From positions 6,685,705 through 6,749,704 of the forward strand of contig CM082587.2 of assembly GCA_040954595.2 (NCBI GenBank): a stretch of DNA of 64,000 bases, written 5' to 3'. The notes below the pieces were generated by a model. That model searched no databases. It saw nothing but the letters and a program-made list of their open reading frames with translations, and had not been told where the DNA came from. This document shows, piece by piece, positions 60,800 through 64,000 of this stretch (position 1 is the first letter of the stretch; each line of letters starts with the position of its first letter). A program made the translations under genes and the position numbers. This DNA is from Balanoglossus misakiensis. Its lineage: Eukaryota > Animalia > Hemichordata.

Positions 60800-61390
60800 T
60801 AGTCTTAATCCTTAATATCGATCGAAATCCTCTATGAATAAAAACTGCAACTGAGTCATTTAAATGATTAACGTGCAGTGGTGATACTGTCACGATGGAA
60901 TGTAGTAGCTGATAAAATAGTCGTGTTATTAGGTAGAATGACTATTTGATTATCATACCCTCGACACCTGCTACACAACTTCTTAGGTTCAAATTTTCAT
61001 ATGGCCGAAAAACTTTACTTTGATTTTAAGACCCCCAATGTTCCAAAGTCGACTTATTCTTCGGACGTTGGCCGCATTCCTGGCTTTAATTAGATATGTA
61101 TCGATCGAAACCGCTCCATTTGAATAAAACACCTGAATCGTGTAAATGATTAACGTAGAGGTATGTATATAAGTGCTGTGGTATGGAATGCACCCACTAA
61201 TGCAAACCGCTTATTAGCTTTAAATAGTCGTTTCATTAGGTGGAATGAGTTTGAATACCATAACTTCAACACCTGCTACACGGTAAGTTAAAGTTTCTCG
61301 GTTCATGGTTGATCGATTAACTTCTTCATAGGCCCCAAATCATCCACATGTAATTTGATTTTAAGACTCCTACGGTTTCAAATCAGTACT
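60800..61390 (+). repeat. Diverged two-copy tandem duplication (~280-300-bp unit)
   Basis: The same anchors appear in order in both copies: tatcgatcgaaa, taaatgattaacgt, aaatagtcgt, acacctgctacac, tttgattttaagac (copy 1 ~60816-61050, copy 2 ~61099-61385). Confidence 0.75.
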
Positions 61391-62408
61391 GAGCATCGAT
61401 GTCGTCGGTGAAATTAACATTTTTTCTCAGAACGGGCTTTACTATTTCCTCTGACTATATCCCCGCTTTTGTTTCGCCTGGTTCTGTTCTCTAAGCTGTC
61501 GTGGTCTCGTTTGAGTTCATTTACCCTGATCCAGCGACAATCTTATTGCTGGTACTTTGTTGTTCATTTTCACATATCTTTAACATCTCGCCCTCAATGT
61601 TGTCCATTGCGTTCGATCGGTAGCAGTCTAATTGTTCATGTATGGCTACCGACTCGGAGTGACCTTAATTATTAAGTGTTGGCATTGATATCTGAAAGAT
61701 CGTTCCAAATTGAAAGTTCAGTCGCAGAATTGGAAATAGTTGTTGTACCGAAGGGCCTTAGTTTCAGTAGGCATAGGGTCTATGGTTTAGGTGGCCGCGG
61801 GTTTCTCTGTATGTCACATGCTACTTGCGATCACCAGAAGACCGATCTGGAACAATCCCACAGTCAACGACAGCTGACCGTTGAATAGGTATGACGATGG
61901 GGCAGCCATCTTGGGTAGCTTCAGCTAACGCTCTCTGTTCAAGAAGCACCCATGCGTCGCATACAGTGGGGTCTGGATGACTGGTTGGACGGTGAAATGG
62001 CGAAAGGCTTGAGAAAGAATCGAGAAACGTCAATTTCTGGATCATTTTGCAGAGCTGGACCGTCGCACGCGTTGCTTTATTTTAGTGACGTCACCCCTTT
62101 ATTTTTTGTGAGGACATTCTTGAATTAAAATTGTCGCGCGAAGGAAAATTAACACACGGGCCACACAGTTGAATACGTAGCTTTACATGTTTACTTTTAG
62201 CGCGTATTGGCGGCTTCGGCGACGTCTGTTTTGAAGCGATTTTGAAGGTTTAAAAGGTACATTTAAAGTATTTTAAAAGTGATTTTGTTGTGCATATTGA
62301 CTTCAGTTTCATATTCTACTTCCTCCGTCATGATATAATGATACGCATTTTTCTGCCTGTCAACACCTACTTCCACGTTTTTCATTTACTCTTTGATGCC
62401 AGGATATA

Positions 62409-64000
62409 ATGAACGTTGAAAAAGAAGAAATATCGCTCAAAAATGGACTTAAAGTGCTCATCAGTGACGAAGAAAGTGGTTATGATAGTTTACCGCCGGA
62501 TCCGGAAGGTAACAGATATAGAAACAATTAGCTTGATAGAAAGACATACATACATACAAATAGGCAAAGTCAATCAATCAAAGGCGAAAAGGCAAAATTT
62601 TAATGCTAATAGGTCCACCAGTAGGGATTTGCCAAGCCTTTATAGCCAATCCAGAAGGCTGTCAGCAAGCAACGGAATGACAAAATCAGTGGTACTTAAA
62701 AACATAGTGAAAGAAAGAACGGTCCCTGATATCGTAAAATAGAGTAATGTCATTTCCCGCAAAACTAAAGTTGTTATAAAATATTCGCCCCGGTTTGAAT
62801 TTACTTATTCATTTACAGCAGTTGGTGATGTAGCAAAGAAGGAAAATGTTGCAAGCGAAGGAAACAGGCAGTTTGATTATCTTTCCGGTGCTAAAGTAGT
62901 ATTTAAAGTTAGACCTAGTAACACAGGCGAAAAGGTGAGTCACTTTGTGAGCGACACTCCTGCAAAATACAACAAAACAAAACTGTGTACATGTTTCGTG
63001 ACGAGGCATTGCCTGTGCTAATGCCGAGGTCAAACGATCATGACCTTGGATCTCCTGGTCGATCGAGAGATCCGAAAATGTGCTGACGTAATGACTTATT
63101 GAACAAGACTGACTGTGCAGTTTTTCAGGTCTGATTTACAATTTCTTCGACAAGTAACAGAGGAATGCTATAATTATAGAGCTTAGTATTCATACCCAGG
63201 TATTTGCACCAACAACGCGCATTAAAATGCATAAAAACAACGAGATTATGCATTATTCTTGAATTAAATTAGCCAGAACAACTCAAATGTATTTATAGAG
63301 TATACGTTTGTGGAAAACAAACAGTCTATACGTCAGCAGTGTATAATTTATAGATTGTACGTCAGCCCTACATGCATGGTCACCCAAATATGTCGTATGT
63401 ATCGGATGGTTTAAACCTCTAGAATGCATACATATGTATTTATAAACCAATGTAGTCGTGTCTGATTGAGGTGTACATTTATAACTGTGTATATCTTTTA
63501 ATGATTCAGTGTTTTATTTGTCCACTACGTTTTTTTCTTCCATATTGGCCCTGCCTAAAAGCATGTACACACGGAGCAATGCGTATTGTATTTGAATATC
63601 AGTTCCACATCAATATTCAACGATTTACGTATACTTGCAAATTGCACACATACAATTTGTGTGTTTTTATATGAATTCTGCTGACACTGCGGTTGATATG
63701 TGATAGATGTGAGGATATGAAATGTAATGCATTAATTCTCTGTAATTTTAAAAGAAAATACTTGTACTGGAGATATCACCGTCCACCTGTCTGGAAATTC
63801 CGTCCGATGCCATTGATAGAGAAATTGGTGTCTGGGCAAGAATGACTCAAGATCCACCCCATTCACTGAATCTGGGAGACCACGAATTCCTGGTGACTGA
63901 CATATTGGAACTAGGATTGGAGCCTCACAGTCGGGATTTCCACTTCAAAAAACCTGTCGTATTCCGTTTGCAAATAGACGCTCGACACGCACCTCACAAG
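62409..64000 (+). CDS. ZU5-domain-containing protein, 5' part (continues beyond window)
   Basis: Exons 62409-62508 (MNVEKEEISLKNGLKVLISDEESGYDSLPPDPE), 62819-62934 and 63755->64000 join in frame (phases 1 and 0) via GT-AG. The third exon reads KILVLEISPSTCLEIPSDAIDREIGVWARMTQDPPHSLNLGDHEFLVTDILELGLEPHSRDFHFKKPVVFRL, which fits the ZU5 pattern (L.IP.GA...L...E..lS.vlEl.P....F.KPV.l.l). Confidence 0.7.

Noticed and set aside
62416-62742. 108-aa basic ORF from the track
   Set aside because: Wrong frame relative to the ATG at 62409 and runs through the donor at 62509.

Overview
Intron-rich, AT-rich animal genomic DNA, not prokaryotic. An invertebrate deuterostome such as a hemichordate is plausible, but that is only an inference. 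Seven protein-coding genes were reconstructed by hand from GT-AG splice sites and reading-frame continuity. (1) The 3' end of a polycystin/PKD-channel gene (+, 1-2368). (2) Flotillin-1 (-, 14170-6535; 427 aa), whose second coding exon is tandemly duplicated into two 167-nt, apparently mutually exclusive versions. (3) NUBPL/Ind1 (+, 15178-19015), head-to-head with flotillin-1. (4) An unrecognised 876-aa single-pass membrane protein (-, 24105-21475) with a tiny ectodomain, a juxtamembrane Cys cluster, many Tyr motifs and 58-aa tandem repeats. (5) Dopamine/tyramine beta-hydroxylase (+, 35750-50789, 13 exons). (6) A somatomedin-B/Methuselah-like class-B GPCR (+, 54483-57678). (7) The first coding exons of a ZU5-domain gene (+, 62409 to window end) that the ORF track misses. 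Non-coding DNA holds several MITE-like elements, microsatellites and diverged local duplications. The most notable observations are the flotillin mutually exclusive exon pair and the orphan transmembrane-adaptor-like protein. No database searches were possible, so family calls rest on recognised motifs.
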